A stretch of 64,000 nucleotides of DNA from Acidobacteriota bacterium (GTDB lineage: Bacteria; Acidobacteriota; UBA6911; JACQSX01), in assembly GCA_036507075.1 (NCBI GenBank), contig DASXQR010000017.1, forward strand, positions 64,001 through 128,000, in the 5' to 3' direction. Below the pieces are notes generated by a model. The model was not told where the DNA came from, did no database searches, and saw nothing but the letters and a program-made list of their open reading frames with translations. The number at the start of each line of letters is the position of its first letter. Position 1 is the first letter of the stretch. Positions 9,491 to 20,035 of the stretch are shown here, in pieces. A program made the position numbers and the translations under genes.

Positions 9491-9669
9491 CCGCCTAAGA
9501 ATCTTCACCACAGAGACACGGGGAACACAGAGACGGACGAGGGCAGGCAGTGTCCGCCCAGGTCCAATAACGTGTGCCACAACTCAGTTTGCGAGACTAA
9601 ACGGACCCTGCCTGCCCCTCGTCCGTCTCTGTGTTCCCTGTATCTCTGTGGTGAAAAATTCTTACGCGG
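9491..9669. repeat. Long palindromic element with CACAGAG-type 9-mer arms
   Basis: TTCACCACAGAGACACGGGGAACACAGAGACGGACGAGGGCAGGCAG pairs with CTGCCTGCCCCTCGTCCGTCTCTGTGTTCCCTGTATCTCTGTGGTGAA. Confidence 0.9.
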
Positions 9670-9902
9670 ATTTATGCCTTAGTCAGATTTGGGTAGCCAA
9701 GTAATCTCATTCATTTCGTGTTTTCGAACCTTATTGCATTTACTTCCGTCTTATTCTCACTCGGCCTTAAAGGGCTGGAAGAGTTTGTGAGAAGCTCCTT
9801 TTTTCACTTTTTGCTTTTCAGATCACAGTCGGTGTGTGTTAGAGTTCTTGCCAGTTTTTTGAACCTCCTCCTTTTTTTGCTGCTTCATCCATCGGAGGCA
9901 GA

Positions 9903-11234
9903 ATGAAACCAAGGATTTTCTGGACATCGTGCGCGTTTGTCTGTCTGGTTGCCGTCGGCTATTGGATCCATTGGCAGACGCGTCCGGCATTGCAGGCAGC
10001 TCCGGTATCCAGCCTTTCAGGTCCGGCGACAAAGACCGGCATCGCGGTTCCCACTCTGGTCCAGGGAAGTCTTGAAGAACACACCACTTTGAGCGACCTG
10101 CTTTCGCGTCTGGGAATGAATTCAGCCGAGGTTCAGGCGCTGATAGCCGACGTGCGACCCTCATACGACCTGGGGCGAGTTCGCGCCGGGAACCGCTATG
10201 CCGCGGAGCGCGGCAGTTCCGGAGAGCTGATATTCTTTCGATACGAAATCGACCACGACCGTTACCTGACGGTGCACCGGCAGCAGGATCGGTTTACCGC
10301 CAGCGTCGAGAATTACCAATACGAGATACGACAGGAAGAGCTGGGCGGCTCGATTGAAGGTTCGCTGTTTGCGACGCTGACCAACCTGGGAGAATCTGAA
10401 GAGCTGGCTGACGCGCTGTACAACATCTTCCGTTGGGATATCGACTTCAATTCCGACATCCGGCCGGGCGACACTTTCCGGCTGATCTTTGAAAAGAAGA
10501 TGCTGGATGGAAAATTCAGCGGGTATGGCCGGATTTTATCGGCCGAGTTCGTCAATCAGAATAAGGTTCATCAGGCTTTTTATTTTGAAAGGAAGAATGC
10601 GATCCGTGAAGATCGCCTCTTGGGCCGGATGAGTCGGCTCCCGAAGCCTCGCAAGGTCAGGGAAGCAGATAGAGGAGAATACTTTGATCCCTTCGGGCGG
10701 CCTCTTCGAAAGGCTTTCTTGAGATCGCCACTGGCCATGGTATATCGAGTTACATCGCGCTTTACGCGCGCCCGCTTCCATCCGATTTTAAAGCGATATC
10801 GCCCTCATCTTGGCGTCGACTTTGGAGCGCCGGAAGGAACGCTGGTGCTGGCCAGCGGAAGCGGAGTCGTCCGGTTCGCGGGGTATAGAGCGGGATTCGG
10901 CAAATACATCGAAGTGGATCACGGGAATCGGTACGTCACAAGCTACGGACACCTTTCGGCTCTTCTGGTCCGCGCGGGAACTTATGTAAGTCAGGGAGCG
11001 CGAATCGGCCGCGTAGGTTCGACCGGCCTGTCGACTGGCCCCCATTTGGATTATCGGATTCGCTTTGGAAAGAAGTTTGTAAATCCCCTCGATCCGGTTC
11101 GCTTTCCTACAACAGCACCGCTTGAAAAGAGACATATGCCAGAATTTCTCGCCGTTGTGCGCCGGTTTCAGCCGCGTCTTCGCGGCATTCAACTCGCCAC
11201 GGTGCTCAATTCCGAGCGGCGAGCTGACTCATAG
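9903..11234 (+). CDS. M23 family peptidoglycan DD-endopeptidase (MepM/Csd3-like)
   Basis: N-terminal TM; RFHPILKRYRPHLGVDF (HxxxD), YGHLS, STGLSTGPHLDY. Confidence 0.93.
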   Translation: MKPRIFWTSCAFVCLVAVGYWIHWQTRPALQAAPVSSLSGPATKTGIAVPTLVQGSLEEHTTLSDLLSRLGMNSAEVQALIADVRPSYDLGRVRAGNRYAAERGSSGELIFFRYEIDHDRYLTVHRQQDRFTASVENYQYEIRQEELGGSIEGSLFATLTNLGESEELADALYNIFRWDIDFNSDIRPGDTFRLIFEKKMLDGKFSGYGRILSAEFVNQNKVHQAFYFERKNAIREDRLLGRMSRLPKPRKVREADRGEYFDPFGRPLRKAFLRSPLAMVYRVTSRFTRARFHPILKRYRPHLGVDFGAPEGTLVLASGSGVVRFAGYRAGFGKYIEVDHGNRYVTSYGHLSALLVRAGTYVSQGARIGRVGSTGLSTGPHLDYRIRFGKKFVNPLDPVRFPTTAPLEKRHMPEFLAVVRRFQPRLRGIQLATVLNSERRADS

Positions 11235-11383
11235 AATTGGAGCCTTTCACCGCAGGGACAGATCTCGGCAGAGCTGCAACCAAAGAAAAAGCCGAAGACC
11301 GGCCACGAGCGCGTGCACGTCAACGATAGAGGTTGACGACCACGTCCACGCATAGTGGAGATGAGTTATAATCCCTGTCACGC

Positions 11384-11965
11384 ATGCGCCGTAAACTCCC
11401 TCCCATTCTTGGCATCAGCGCCGTCGTGTTGTGGATTGTTCTCTTTGGTTATGTTCGGTGGAGGACTACCCGTTACGATTATCTGATCGCTGTAGAGGCC
11501 GCCAAGTATAAGCTCGATTTCCATCTGGTCAAATCCGTGGTTTATGAAGAGACCTGGTTCAACAGCGGCGCCCATGGCAAGGCGGGTGAAATCGGCCTGA
11601 TGCAAATCACACCGGTTGCAGCACAGGATTTCAGCCGCGCCGGCAATAAAGAGGTGAGACCCCAACAGCTTTATGACCCGGAGATGAATCTGGAGGTGGG
11701 TTGCTGGTATCTGCGAAACTCCATCGATCATTATTCGAATTTCGAAGATCCCTTGCCATACGCACTGGCCCGATACAACGCGGGTGAAGCGCGAGTTGAG
11801 AAGTGGCTCGAGCCTTCACCGCGCGATCATTCCGAGCCGGCGCAGAATTTTCTGGATCGCATCGACTACCCGAGCACGCGCCAATACATTAAGAACGTGC
11901 TGCGTCGTTATACGCTGCAGAACTATTACATTCCGGTAACCTACAAGTCCCAGTTCTTTCGCTGA
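11384..11965 (+). CDS. Lytic transglycosylase (SLT domain)
   Basis: VVYEETWFN, GEIGLMQI, LYDPEMNLEVGCWYL, ALARYNAG; N-terminal TM. Confidence 0.92.
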   Translation: MRRKLPPILGISAVVLWIVLFGYVRWRTTRYDYLIAVEAAKYKLDFHLVKSVVYEETWFNSGAHGKAGEIGLMQITPVAAQDFSRAGNKEVRPQQLYDPEMNLEVGCWYLRNSIDHYSNFEDPLPYALARYNAGEARVEKWLEPSPRDHSEPAQNFLDRIDYPSTRQYIKNVLRRYTLQNYYIPVTYKSQFFR

Positions 11966-11978
11966 CCCCCGAGGTTGA

Positions 11979-12521
11979 TCAACGGACGGGCTCGCCGCTT
12001 ACCTGCTTGCGGCCGAGAAAGTCGAGCTTGACAACGCGAAAGTCCTCGCGCACGTCGGGAGAATCAAAATTAACTTTGTTAATCTTGTCGGCCGCGATGT
12101 TGAATTGCAGTTCTGAAAGGGAATCGAGCGAATAAATGGTATTGCCGAACTGTACTGAAGCAAATTTTAGCTGCTCCACATTGGAAAAATCTCCCTGCAA
12201 CGTCAGCCCGATGAAGGAATTTGGCAGGATCTTCATGTTTGAGGTCTTGAAAGGATCGCTGGGGTTTCCCGTTTCCATCACGATCTTCTGGACTGGAACG
12301 GGATTGTTCTTTGAGTCAATGAGGGAGATGTGCTGTGGCCGAACAAAGTAAGTGCGCTCGGTGAAATTTACCACATTAAGAATGGCTTCCTTCTGACCGG
12401 TAAGCTCAAATGTCAGAATGAAATCGTACTGTGCATAAATAAAATGCCGCCCTGAAGGCTCAGCACCAAACGCAACAACCGCAAGCAGCGAAAACAAAAC
12501 CAAAGCGAGAAAACTTTTCAT
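11979..12521 (-). CDS. Secreted hypothetical protein
   Basis: Signal peptide MKSFLALVLFSLLAVVAFG; beta-rich; fills the gap. Confidence 0.8.
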   Translation of the reverse strand: MKSFLALVLFSLLAVVAFGAEPSGRHFIYAQYDFILTFELTGQKEAILNVVNFTERTYFVRPQHISLIDSKNNPVPVQKIVMETGNPSDPFKTSNMKILPNSFIGLTLQGDFSNVEQLKFASVQFGNTIYSLDSLSELQFNIAADKINKVNFDSPDVREDFRVVKLDFLGRKQVSGEPVR

Positions 12522-12559
12522 GCCTCTATGTTAAACCGAAAGGAAGGAAAACTTGAAGA

Positions 12560-12646
12560 GGGACAGTCCCCAATTAGAAAAAGGGGACAGTCCCCAATTA
12601 CGAAAAGGGGACTGTCCCCAATTAACGGTCCCCAATTAACGAATTA
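12560..12646. repeat. Tandem GGGGACWGTCCCC-AATTA palindromic (REP-like) units
   Basis: Three full units about 23-24 bp apart plus truncated units ending at the pyrF stop. Confidence 0.85.
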
Positions 12647-13330
12647 GGACATTTCTTTGGCGATGGCGCGGACGGCCAGAATCGGGTCGGCGGCGCGGGT
12701 AATGGGGCGGCCGATCACAAGGTAATCCGCGCCTGCGGCGATGGCGCCTGCCGGTGTCATGGTTCGCTGCTGATCGTCCGGACCGCTCCGAGCCGGTCGT
12801 ACTCCGGGCACGATCTTTTTCATGTCGACGTGGCGCAGCTGTGCCAGCTCCTTCGGGGAACAAACCAATCCCGGCAGGCCGGCGTCACGCGCCAGCAGGG
12901 CCAGCCTGGTCGCAGCCTGGGGCAGCGAGTCGTGAGGAAAGGTTTGCTGCCACTGAGATACGGAAAAGCTGGTCAGCACGGTAACGGCCAGCAACAGCGG
13001 CCTGTCATGTTCCGGCAGAGAACGAATGACGGTAATGGCAGTCTTCATCATCTCCAGGCCGCCGGCCGCATGGATGGTCAGCATTGACACTCCCAGATCG
13101 CACGCATTGCGAACCGCGCCTGCCACAACATCTGGAATGTCATGAAACTTCAGGTCCAGAAAGACCTGATAGTCCCGTTCTCTCATCTGCCGGATAAGCG
13201 CAGGGCCTTCGAGTGTGAAAAGATAACTGCCGATTTTGAAGCGCCGCGTGACAGGAGACAGTTTTTCGGCCAAGTCGAGCGCCTGCCGCCCGGACGCAAC
13301 ATCGAGTGCAATGATCAATCGATCTTCCAT
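12644..13330 (-). CDS. pyrF: Orotidine-5'-phosphate decarboxylase
   Basis: LIIALD, FLDLKFHDIP, AVTVLTS, VPGVRP..DDQQR, LVIGRPI. Confidence 0.97.
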   Translation of the reverse strand: MEDRLIIALDVASGRQALDLAEKLSPVTRRFKIGSYLFTLEGPALIRQMRERDYQVFLDLKFHDIPDVVAGAVRNACDLGVSMLTIHAAGGLEMMKTAITVIRSLPEHDRPLLLAVTVLTSFSVSQWQQTFPHDSLPQAATRLALLARDAGLPGLVCSPKELAQLRHVDMKKIVPGVRPARSGPDDQQRTMTPAGAIAAGADYLVIGRPITRAADPILAVRAIAKEMS

Positions 13331-13353
13331 ATAGGCCCGCCAGCCTGCCAGCT

Positions 13354-13562
13354 CGGATCATTCGAAAACACTTAACCGCGAAGAACGCCAAGAACGCCAA
13401 GATGGCGCAAAGATCGGGGCTGAAGCTTGAAGGATGAAGGCCAATCAAAGGCGCGTCAAACGCTGACTTGACGTCCTTCATCCTTCAAGCTTCAGCCCCG
13501 ATCTTTGCGCTATTCTTAGCGCTCTTGGCGGCCTTGGCGGTTAAGTGTTTTTGAATGATCCG
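13354..13562. repeat. ~210-bp palindromic element, family copy 1 (copy 2 at 62275-62483)
   Basis: Arms CTTAACCGC..GCCAAG..GCGCAAAGATCGGGGCTGAAGCTTGAAGGATGAAGG and its reverse complement. Confidence 0.92.
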
Positions 13563-13564
13563 GA

Positions 13565-14494
13565 CTAGCATGTCTGTGCTTTTTCAGACTTCATGGCCTC
13601 TCTCAGCGCGGCGACGTCGGGTATCTTCTTGCGTTCGCAATAACACACCAGGCCGTCCAGAACTTCTTTGGCGACCGTCGGTTTGTAAAAATTGGCTGTT
13701 CCAATCTGGATAGCAGTGGCCCCGGCAAGAAAGAATTCAACGGCATCCTGCCACCGGCTGATACCTCCGATTCCCACCACCGGAATTTTCACCGCCCGGG
13801 CAACCTGGTAAACCATTCGCAGTGCAATCGGCTTTATGGCCGGACCGCTCAGACCGCCAAAAATTGTGGAGAGCACCGGTTCCCGGCGTTCGATGTCAAT
13901 GGCCATGGCCACCAGAGTGTTGATCAGCGTGACTGCATCCGCGCCGGCATCCTGGCACGCAATTGCAATTGGGCAGATGTCGGTGACATTCGGTGACAGC
14001 TTGACGTACAATGGCAGCCTGCACTTCTTACGGACGCTTGAAACCACGCGCCGTGTCAACTCCGGATTGCTGCCGAACTCGATCCCGCCTTCTTTCACGT
14101 TGGGACATGAAATATTCAGCTCCACCCCGGCAATATCGGCGTGGTCACTCAGGTATGCGGCGACCTGCACATATTCTTCTTCCGTCTTGCCGAAAATGTT
14201 GGCGATTACCTGAGTTCGATAATGCTTCAGTCGCGGCAGTTTCTCCTTGACGAAATTCTCCATGCCCACGTTCTGCAGTCCAATGGAGTTAAGCATTCCG
14301 GAAGGTGTCTCGTAAATGCGGTTTGGGGCATTTCCGGCCCGCGGCTGAATGGAGAGACCCTTAACGACAACAGCGCCGATCTCGTTCAGATCCAAGAAGG
14401 GCTCGAATTCGGCGCCGTATGCGAACGTTCCGCTCGCAGTCCAGACAGGGTTCTGGAAATTCTTTCCGGCGATTTGAATACGCGGATCAAACAT
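13565..14494 (-). CDS. pyrD: Dihydroorotate dehydrogenase family 1B, catalytic subunit
   Basis: ASGTF, MLNSIGLQN, ELNISCPNV, VKLSPNV, LINT, GGLSGPAIKP. Confidence 0.96.
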   Translation of the reverse strand: MFDPRIQIAGKNFQNPVWTASGTFAYGAEFEPFLDLNEIGAVVVKGLSIQPRAGNAPNRIYETPSGMLNSIGLQNVGMENFVKEKLPRLKHYRTQVIANIFGKTEEEYVQVAAYLSDHADIAGVELNISCPNVKEGGIEFGSNPELTRRVVSSVRKKCRLPLYVKLSPNVTDICPIAIACQDAGADAVTLINTLVAMAIDIERREPVLSTIFGGLSGPAIKPIALRMVYQVARAVKIPVVGIGGISRWQDAVEFFLAGATAIQIGTANFYKPTVAKEVLDGLVCYCERKKIPDVAALREAMKSEKAQTC

Positions 14495-15281
14495 GGCCGG
14501 ACGTGTCCCATTTCATCTTATGACCATCGAATACCGGCCCATACTGGCATGCCAGGCGGTATCCCTCTGTCGTCTCTACGGCACAGCCAAAGCAAACACC
14601 GAACCCACATCCCATGAAGCACTCAACGGAGACCTGAAGCGGAACCCGGTGCTGCCGCGCTATGCGCGAAACCGCCTCGAGCATCGGGCCGGGGCCGCAA
14701 GCGAGGATCTGTGAGTTGGAGGAGTCTTTCAAATATGTGACCAGCAGATCGGTAACTCTGCCTTTGGTGCCGAAGCTTCCATCTTCGGTAGAGGCACGAA
14801 CCTCCACGCCGAGTTCCTCGAAGGCTTCCATTGTCACCAGATCGGACCGGGAACGTGCGCCATAGAGCAGCAATAAAGGGCCTCCGCCGTGAATCAATTT
14901 CTGGGCCAGCAGGTAAAAAGGCGCGATTCCCACGCCTCCCGCCACCATCACCGCCGCTTTTTGCGCGTCGACCTCAAAATGATTTCCCAGCAAACCGATC
15001 ATAGGCACATCGGCTCCCAGGCCGAACTGCGACATTTGACGCGTTCCCAAGCCGATCACTTTGACCAGAATTGAAAAGCTTCCTTCCTGGGGAGAAACGC
15101 CAAACACGCTGAATGGTCGCATCAGGATTGGATAAGGGCTGAGCGCGTCGACGTCGGCGGCGATCATCAGGAATTGGCCGGGCAAAGCCTGAGCGGCAAT
15201 TTGAGGATCCGCAAAATGGAGGAGGAAGTTATCGCCGTTCAACCTTTGATGCCTTACCAGTCTTGCGGTGAAGTAGCGCAT
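14487..15281 (-). CDS. pyrK: Dihydroorotate dehydrogenase electron transfer subunit
   Basis: PGQFLM, RPFS, AGGVGIAP, ACGPGPM, MGCGFGVCFGC...C 2Fe-2S motif; start moved to MRYF at 15281. Confidence 0.93.
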   Translation of the reverse strand: MRYFTARLVRHQRLNGDNFLLHFADPQIAAQALPGQFLMIAADVDALSPYPILMRPFSVFGVSPQEGSFSILVKVIGLGTRQMSQFGLGADVPMIGLLGNHFEVDAQKAAVMVAGGVGIAPFYLLAQKLIHGGGPLLLLYGARSRSDLVTMEAFEELGVEVRASTEDGSFGTKGRVTDLLVTYLKDSSNSQILACGPGPMLEAVSRIARQHRVPLQVSVECFMGCGFGVCFGCAVETTEGYRLACQYGPVFDGHKMKWDTSGHV

Positions 15282-15378
15282 CCTCGATCCGAAAATAACA
15301 GACCCCGCTGCAAAACACAATTTTGGCGATTCCTTTTTAAAAAAACATCGGGTATTGTACGGACGCTCCGAGGTCACT

Positions 15379-15936
15379 ATGGAACACCAAATCATGTCGG
15401 CCCGCCAGATGGATCTGGCGCTCGCCCGCATTGCCGCTGAAATTGTTGAAAATCACCCTCAATTGGAAAGCCTGCTTCTGGTAGGGATCCGCCGGCGGGG
15501 CATTCCCCTGAGCGAGCGGCTGCAAAAGCACGTTGAAAAGCTTACGCAAAAGAAGGTGGCGATCGGAATTCTTGACATCACTCTTTACCGCGACGACCTG
15601 AGCACCGTGGCGGCGCAACCGGTTGTGGAAAGCACGCGCATAGACACGCCGGTTGAGGGTCGTGAAGTGATTCTGGTTGATGACGTGCTCTATACGGGCA
15701 GGACCATTCGAGCGGCTCTTGATCACCTGATCGATTTCGGCCGGCCCAGGAAGGTGGAACTTGCCGTGTTGATCGACCGGGGCCACCGGGAACTTCCAAT
15801 CCAGGCGGATTACATCGGAAAGACAGTCCAGACAGCAGATGAGGAAATTGTGGAAGTGCAACTCCCCGAGATCGATCATGCGGAAAGAGTGATGCTTACC
15901 AATCGTGACTCAGTCAGAACTAAGAAGGGACTCTAA
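15379..15936 (+). CDS. pyrR: Pyrimidine regulatory protein / uracil phosphoribosyltransferase PyrR
   Basis: LDITLYRDDL, LVDDVLYTGRTIRAA, DRGHRELPI; GAGG before ATG 15379. Confidence 0.96.
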   Translation: MEHQIMSARQMDLALARIAAEIVENHPQLESLLLVGIRRRGIPLSERLQKHVEKLTQKKVAIGILDITLYRDDLSTVAAQPVVESTRIDTPVEGREVILVDDVLYTGRTIRAALDHLIDFGRPRKVELAVLIDRGHRELPIQADYIGKTVQTADEEIVEVQLPEIDHAERVMLTNRDSVRTKKGL

Positions 15937-15946
15937 TCTACATTTG

Positions 15947-16100
15947 AATGCGGAATATACAAATGCGGAATGCGGAATGCAGAATGCGGAATATTTTCCA
16001 ATGCAGATTCCGGAATGCGGAATGGGGTGAGAGGTTTGCTCGTGGCTTCCAACACCTACTTGGATAAATTCCGCATTCCGCATTCCGAAATCCGCATTTG
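15947..16100. repeat. Inverted heptamer-array element (ATGCGGA/TTCCGCA)
   Basis: Arrays in inverted orientation between pyrR and pyrB. Confidence 0.9.
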
Positions 16101-16130
16101 GGTACAATCCGCATCTGTTTTAGTCACAAC

Positions 16131-17075
16131 ATGCCGTTAAATCGTCCTCACCTTCTCGGAATCGAAGATCTCGAACCGGCCGAGATCGAGTTGATTTTGA
16201 AGACGGCCGAATCGTTCCGTGAAATTTCCGCCCGCCCCATTAAGAAGGTTCCGGCTCTTCGCGGAAAGACGGTTATCAACCTGTTCTTCGAGCCATCCAC
16301 CCGTACTCGCTCCTCCTTTGAGATTGCCGCCAAAAGACTGAGCGCCGACACGATAAATTTTTCAGCTTCCACGAGCAGCGCAAGCAAGGGCGAAACCTTG
16401 TTGGATACGGCAAAGAACCTGCAGTCGATGGCGCCGGATGCGCTGGTAATTCGTCATTCAGCCAGCGGTACGCCGCTTGTCCTGTCAAAGCACTTAAAGA
16501 CGGTTGTGATTAACGCGGGCGACGGAATGCATGAGCATCCAACGCAGGCGCTGCTCGATATGTTGACCATTCGCGAGCACAAGAAGCGGCTGAAAGGGCT
16601 CAAGGTCGCCATCATCGGCGATATTCTCCACAGCCGGGTGGCGCGATCTAACATTTACGGGCTTACCAAAATGGGAGCCAGGGTCTGGCTGTGCGGCCCT
16701 TCAACTCTTATGCCCGGACAGTTCCGGCAGTTCGGCGTCAAGTTGACTTGGGATCTTCGCGAGGCCCTCGAAAATGCCGACGTCGCCATGATGCTGCGAA
16801 TTCAACAGGAAAGGCAGCAGGAAAACTTCTTTCCCTCGGTGAAGGAATACTTTGATCTTTTCGGCCTGGACCGGCAAAAGCTCCGGGTGGCAAAGCCAGA
16901 CGTGCTGGTAATGCATCCGGGACCGATAAACAGGGGAGTGGAGATATCTTCCGACGTGGCGGACGGAGAATTCTCTGTAATTCTGGAGCAGGTGACAAAC
17001 GGCATTGCCGTCAGGATGGCGCTGCTTTACCTGCTGCTCTTGCCCGGGGCTTCCACAAAAGTTGTATGGGAGTAA
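16131..17075 (+). CDS. pyrB: Aspartate carbamoyltransferase catalytic subunit
   Basis: [32 protein letters not shown]. Confidence 0.97.
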   Translation: MPLNRPHLLGIEDLEPAEIELILKTAESFREISARPIKKVPALRGKTVINLFFEPSTRTRSSFEIAAKRLSADTINFSASTSSASKGETLLDTAKNLQSMAPDALVIRHSASGTPLVLSKHLKTVVINAGDGMHEHPTQALLDMLTIREHKKRLKGLKVAIIGDILHSRVARSNIYGLTKMGARVWLCGPSTLMPGQFRQFGVKLTWDLREALENADVAMMLRIQQERQQENFFPSVKEYFDLFGLDRQKLRVAKPDVLVMHPGPINRGVEISSDVADGEFSVILEQVTNGIAVRMALLYLLLLPGASTKVVWE

Positions 17076-18382
17076 ATCAGACACTGTTTCGCGGCGCGCA
17101 CATCGTGGATCCGGCCTCCCGGTGGGATGGCCCGGGAGAGCTGCTGGTGCGCAATGGCAAGGTCGCTGAGCTGAAGAGAAGGATTGCGGTCGGCGAGGAC
17201 TGCGAGGTGATTCATGCCGCCGGCCTGATTCTGACGCCCGGGCTCATCGACATGCACGTTCACTTGCGCGAGCCCGGCAGGGAGGATGAAGAAACAATTG
17301 AGTCCGGATGTCGGAGCGCCGTCGCCGGAGGTTTTACGGGTGTTGCCTGTATGCCCAACACCGAACCGGTCAACGATTCGGAGACCGTGACCCGCTTTAT
17401 TTTGGAGAAAGCGCGAGCGGCAGCTTTGGCCCATGTTTATCCGGTAGGAGCGATCAGCCGCGGAAGCAACGGTGAAAAGCTGGCTGAAATCGGGGAAATG
17501 GCCAAGGCAGGCGCCCGCGCTGTCAGCGACGACGGGCAGCCGGTTATGAATGCTCAACTGATGCGGCGGGCGATGGAATATGCCTCCATGCTGGACATCC
17601 CTGTGATCGATCATTGTGAAGACAGGAACCTGGCCGGCGACGGTTGTATGAATGAGGGCGAGGCAAGCATTCGACTTGGGTTGAAGGGAATTCACTGCTG
17701 CGCTGAGGATGTTCAGGTGGCGCGCGACATCATCCTGGCTGAGGTGACCGGGGCACGCGTGCATATAGCCCATTTGTCTTCCGCACGATCACTCGAGCTG
17801 GTCTCCCGCGCCAAAGAAAAATCGATTCCGATCACCTGTGAGGTAACGCCGCACCATTTTTCTCTGGCGGATGAAGACATCCCCGATTACGACCCAAATT
17901 TCAAGATGAATCCGCCGCTGCGCAACCGGCAAGACGTGAGATCGCTGCTGGCCGGTTTGGCGGACCGGTCCGTGGATGCTATCGCCTCGGACCATGCTCC
18001 TCACAATCCCAACGAAAAGATGCTCGATTTTCAGAGCGCCCCGTTTGGCGTGCTGGGTCTGGAAACAACGCTCCCGCTGGCAATCACCTATCTGATTCGC
18101 AAGAAGGTCATTGGGTGGGGCCGGTTGGTGGAATTACTGTCGTCCGGCCCGGCCCGTATTCTGGGCCTGCCCGGGAAGGGAAGTCTCAAACTGGGTTGCG
18201 ATGCCGACATCACTGTGATCGACCCGCGACCGGCATGGAAAATCGAAGGGGCGCGCTTTCAATCGCGCAGCCGCAATACTCCATTTGAGGGTTGGAAGGT
18301 TTACGGCCGTTGCGCAGGAACGATGGTAGCAGGACGGTGGGTGTTCCGGAGCTTTAAGGGGATTGAGAGATGGAGGGATTGA
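17066..18382 (+). CDS. pyrC: Dihydroorotase
   Basis: [35 protein letters not shown]. Confidence 0.96.
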   Translation: MGVNQTLFRGAHIVDPASRWDGPGELLVRNGKVAELKRRIAVGEDCEVIHAAGLILTPGLIDMHVHLREPGREDEETIESGCRSAVAGGFTGVACMPNTEPVNDSETVTRFILEKARAAALAHVYPVGAISRGSNGEKLAEIGEMAKAGARAVSDDGQPVMNAQLMRRAMEYASMLDIPVIDHCEDRNLAGDGCMNEGEASIRLGLKGIHCCAEDVQVARDIILAEVTGARVHIAHLSSARSLELVSRAKEKSIPITCEVTPHHFSLADEDIPDYDPNFKMNPPLRNRQDVRSLLAGLADRSVDAIASDHAPHNPNEKMLDFQSAPFGVLGLETTLPLAITYLIRKKVIGWGRLVELLSSGPARILGLPGKGSLKLGCDADITVIDPRPAWKIEGARFQSRSRNTPFEGWKVYGRCAGTMVAGRWVFRSFKGIERWRD

Positions 18383-18509
18383 GAGATGGAGGGATTGAGA
18401 GATAGTGGAATTGAACCCTCAGTCTTTCTGTCCCTCCATCCCTCGGTCTCTCCATCCCTCTATCCCTCCGTCCCTCCATCCCTCAATCCCTCCGTCCCTC
18501 CATCCCTCA
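18358..18509. repeat. Inverted octamer-array element (GAGGGATT/GAGAGATG ... TCCCTCCA)
   Basis: Arrays between convergent pyrC and ftsB-like genes, overlapping both stop codons. Confidence 0.88.
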
Positions 18510-18803
18510 TTTCTCCGCCAGATTTACAATGATGTCCCCTGGTCTGGCGAAGTTGTAGTCTTCCCGGGCAATCCTTTCAATGACGCCGGCATCTGTTTTC
18601 AGCCCCCTTATATTCTTCATCAGCGCATCGTTTTCGGCTCTCAATCGGGTATTTTCCAGACGCAGGATTTCCATCTGCTGGCGCTGCTGCTGCAATTTTC
18701 GATAACCTCCCTGGCCTAAAATGCAAAAATAAACGAGGAAAATAATGAACAAAAGCAACAGGATAAAAAAGCTCTCCCGGCGTAACCGTTCTGACGCGCT
18801 CAT
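18507..18803 (-). CDS. ftsB: Septum formation initiator FtsB/DivIC family protein
   Basis: TM helix, coiled coil, IERIAREDYNFARPGD. Confidence 0.88.
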   Translation of the reverse strand: MSASERLRRESFFILLLLFIIFLVYFCILGQGGYRKLQQQRQQMEILRLENTRLRAENDALMKNIRGLKTDAGVIERIAREDYNFARPGDIIVNLAEK

Positions 18804-18847
18804 GATATTTTCCCCATGTCGAGCAACCGGACAAAAAGGGACGAATA

Positions 18848-19174
18848 ATGACAGACTTTTCGGTGGTGTTGACTACGGTCAATTCTGAGGAGGAAGCCCG
18901 CAAGCTGGCGCAAAAACTGGTTGAAACACGCCTTGCCGCCTGCGTCAATATTATTCCAGACGTTGTTTCAGTTTACAACTGGAAAGATAAGTTGCAGCAG
19001 GACAAGGAGTGGCTCCTGCTGATCAAAACCCGCTCGGATTTGACCGCCAGGATAGGGGAAATCTTCAGGAGAAATCACCCGTACGATCTTCCCGAGCTTG
19101 TGGAAATCAAAATCGAACACGGCTCGGCCGCCTATTTAAGCTGGCTGGGGGAATGGTTGATACAGGACGGTTGA
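18848..19174 (+). CDS. cutA: Divalent-cation tolerance protein CutA
   Basis: LVETRLAACVNI, SVYNWK, LLIKT, HPYDLPE. Confidence 0.95.
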   Translation: MTDFSVVLTTVNSEEEARKLAQKLVETRLAACVNIIPDVVSVYNWKDKLQQDKEWLLLIKTRSDLTARIGEIFRRNHPYDLPELVEIKIEHGSAAYLSWLGEWLIQDG

Positions 19175-19180
19175 TCTAAA

Positions 19181-19834
19181 ATGCTCAAAAAGTTCGGGGA
19201 AGAAAAGCTCAATTTCCAACTGCGCCAGCATTTCGTCACCGCCGTAGCCGCTTTTAACGAGCATTGGAACGGGGCGGTTGCTGAACCGGATAAGATGCTT
19301 GATCATTTCTTTGGAGAGCTGAGCCGGCGTTCTGTGGAAGACTCGGAAAATTTTCGAGTGCGCCTGATTCCACGGCGTTTCGACCATCCGAAAGCCCGTG
19401 GCGCCGCCCTGATGATAAGTCTTTATGAACCGGAGCTCCGGTTTCAGAAGGGTATTCTGTTTCGCGCCCGCGCCAGTTTGAACCGGGCGGCCACCGAGGA
19501 GGGGAATCTGTTTGACTCGGATAATATCAAGGAGGAAGCGGCAGAAATTCTCGGAATCAGCCAGTCAGCATGCTTTACGACATTTTCCCCGCAAGGGATT
19601 CATGTTCTCTCGGCAAGCAGCATCGTGGGAGATCATGCCAGTGATGCCTACCTGTTGAAGAATTTTTATTACTTGAACATCGCGGATTTTATCGGCAATC
19701 TGTTTTTCAAGTGTTTCGTCGGGGATACCCGGCCGCTGTTCATCCAGGGGCTGCAGGCGGGAGAGTGGTGTCGCAACCTTCTTGAGATCCGCATCACTGT
19801 CACCCCGCAATTAGCTCAACAACCTTTGTTTTGA
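19181..19834 (+). CDS. Hypothetical protein, possibly a degenerate PD-(D/E)xK fold
   Basis: 217-aa ORF right after cutA; GAALMISL...KGILFRAR and FFKCFVGD segments. Confidence 0.7.
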   Translation: MLKKFGEEKLNFQLRQHFVTAVAAFNEHWNGAVAEPDKMLDHFFGELSRRSVEDSENFRVRLIPRRFDHPKARGAALMISLYEPELRFQKGILFRARASLNRAATEEGNLFDSDNIKEEAAEILGISQSACFTTFSPQGIHVLSASSIVGDHASDAYLLKNFYYLNIADFIGNLFFKCFVGDTRPLFIQGLQAGEWCRNLLEIRITVTPQLAQQPLF

Positions 19835-19891
19835 TATATGGTTTACGGAGCGTTCGCTACGCTGCGGAGATCGGTCCATCAGTCATAGGTC

Positions 19892-19977
19892 AGGTTCAGG
19901 AGCTTGGTGCCTTGGTGTCTGGGTGGTTTCAATTTTTTTTTACCACCAAGGCACCAAGGCACCAAACTCCTGAACCT
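19892..19977. repeat. Palindromic element with CACCAAGG octamer arms
   Basis: AGGTTCAGGAG-CTTGGTGCCTTGGTG...CACCAAGGCACCAAGGCACCAAACTCCTGAACCT. Confidence 0.85.
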
Positions 19978-20035
19978 TCACACTACATAGCCGATGACCA
20001 AATCGATGACCGAATCGCTGCAAGAGCGAGGGTGT

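Noticed and set aside
11262..11351. GCAACCAAAG (reverse complement at 47522-47531) and GTCCAC-like hexamers as another element family
   Set aside because: Matches too short to support from this window alone
12560..12646. Palindromic direct repeats resembling a mini-CRISPR
   Set aside because: Units are separated by only a few A-rich bases; no unique spacers and no cas genes
15937..16130. PyrR attenuator before pyrB
   Set aside because: No PyrR-binding consensus seen; the region is a heptamer element also found at unrelated loci
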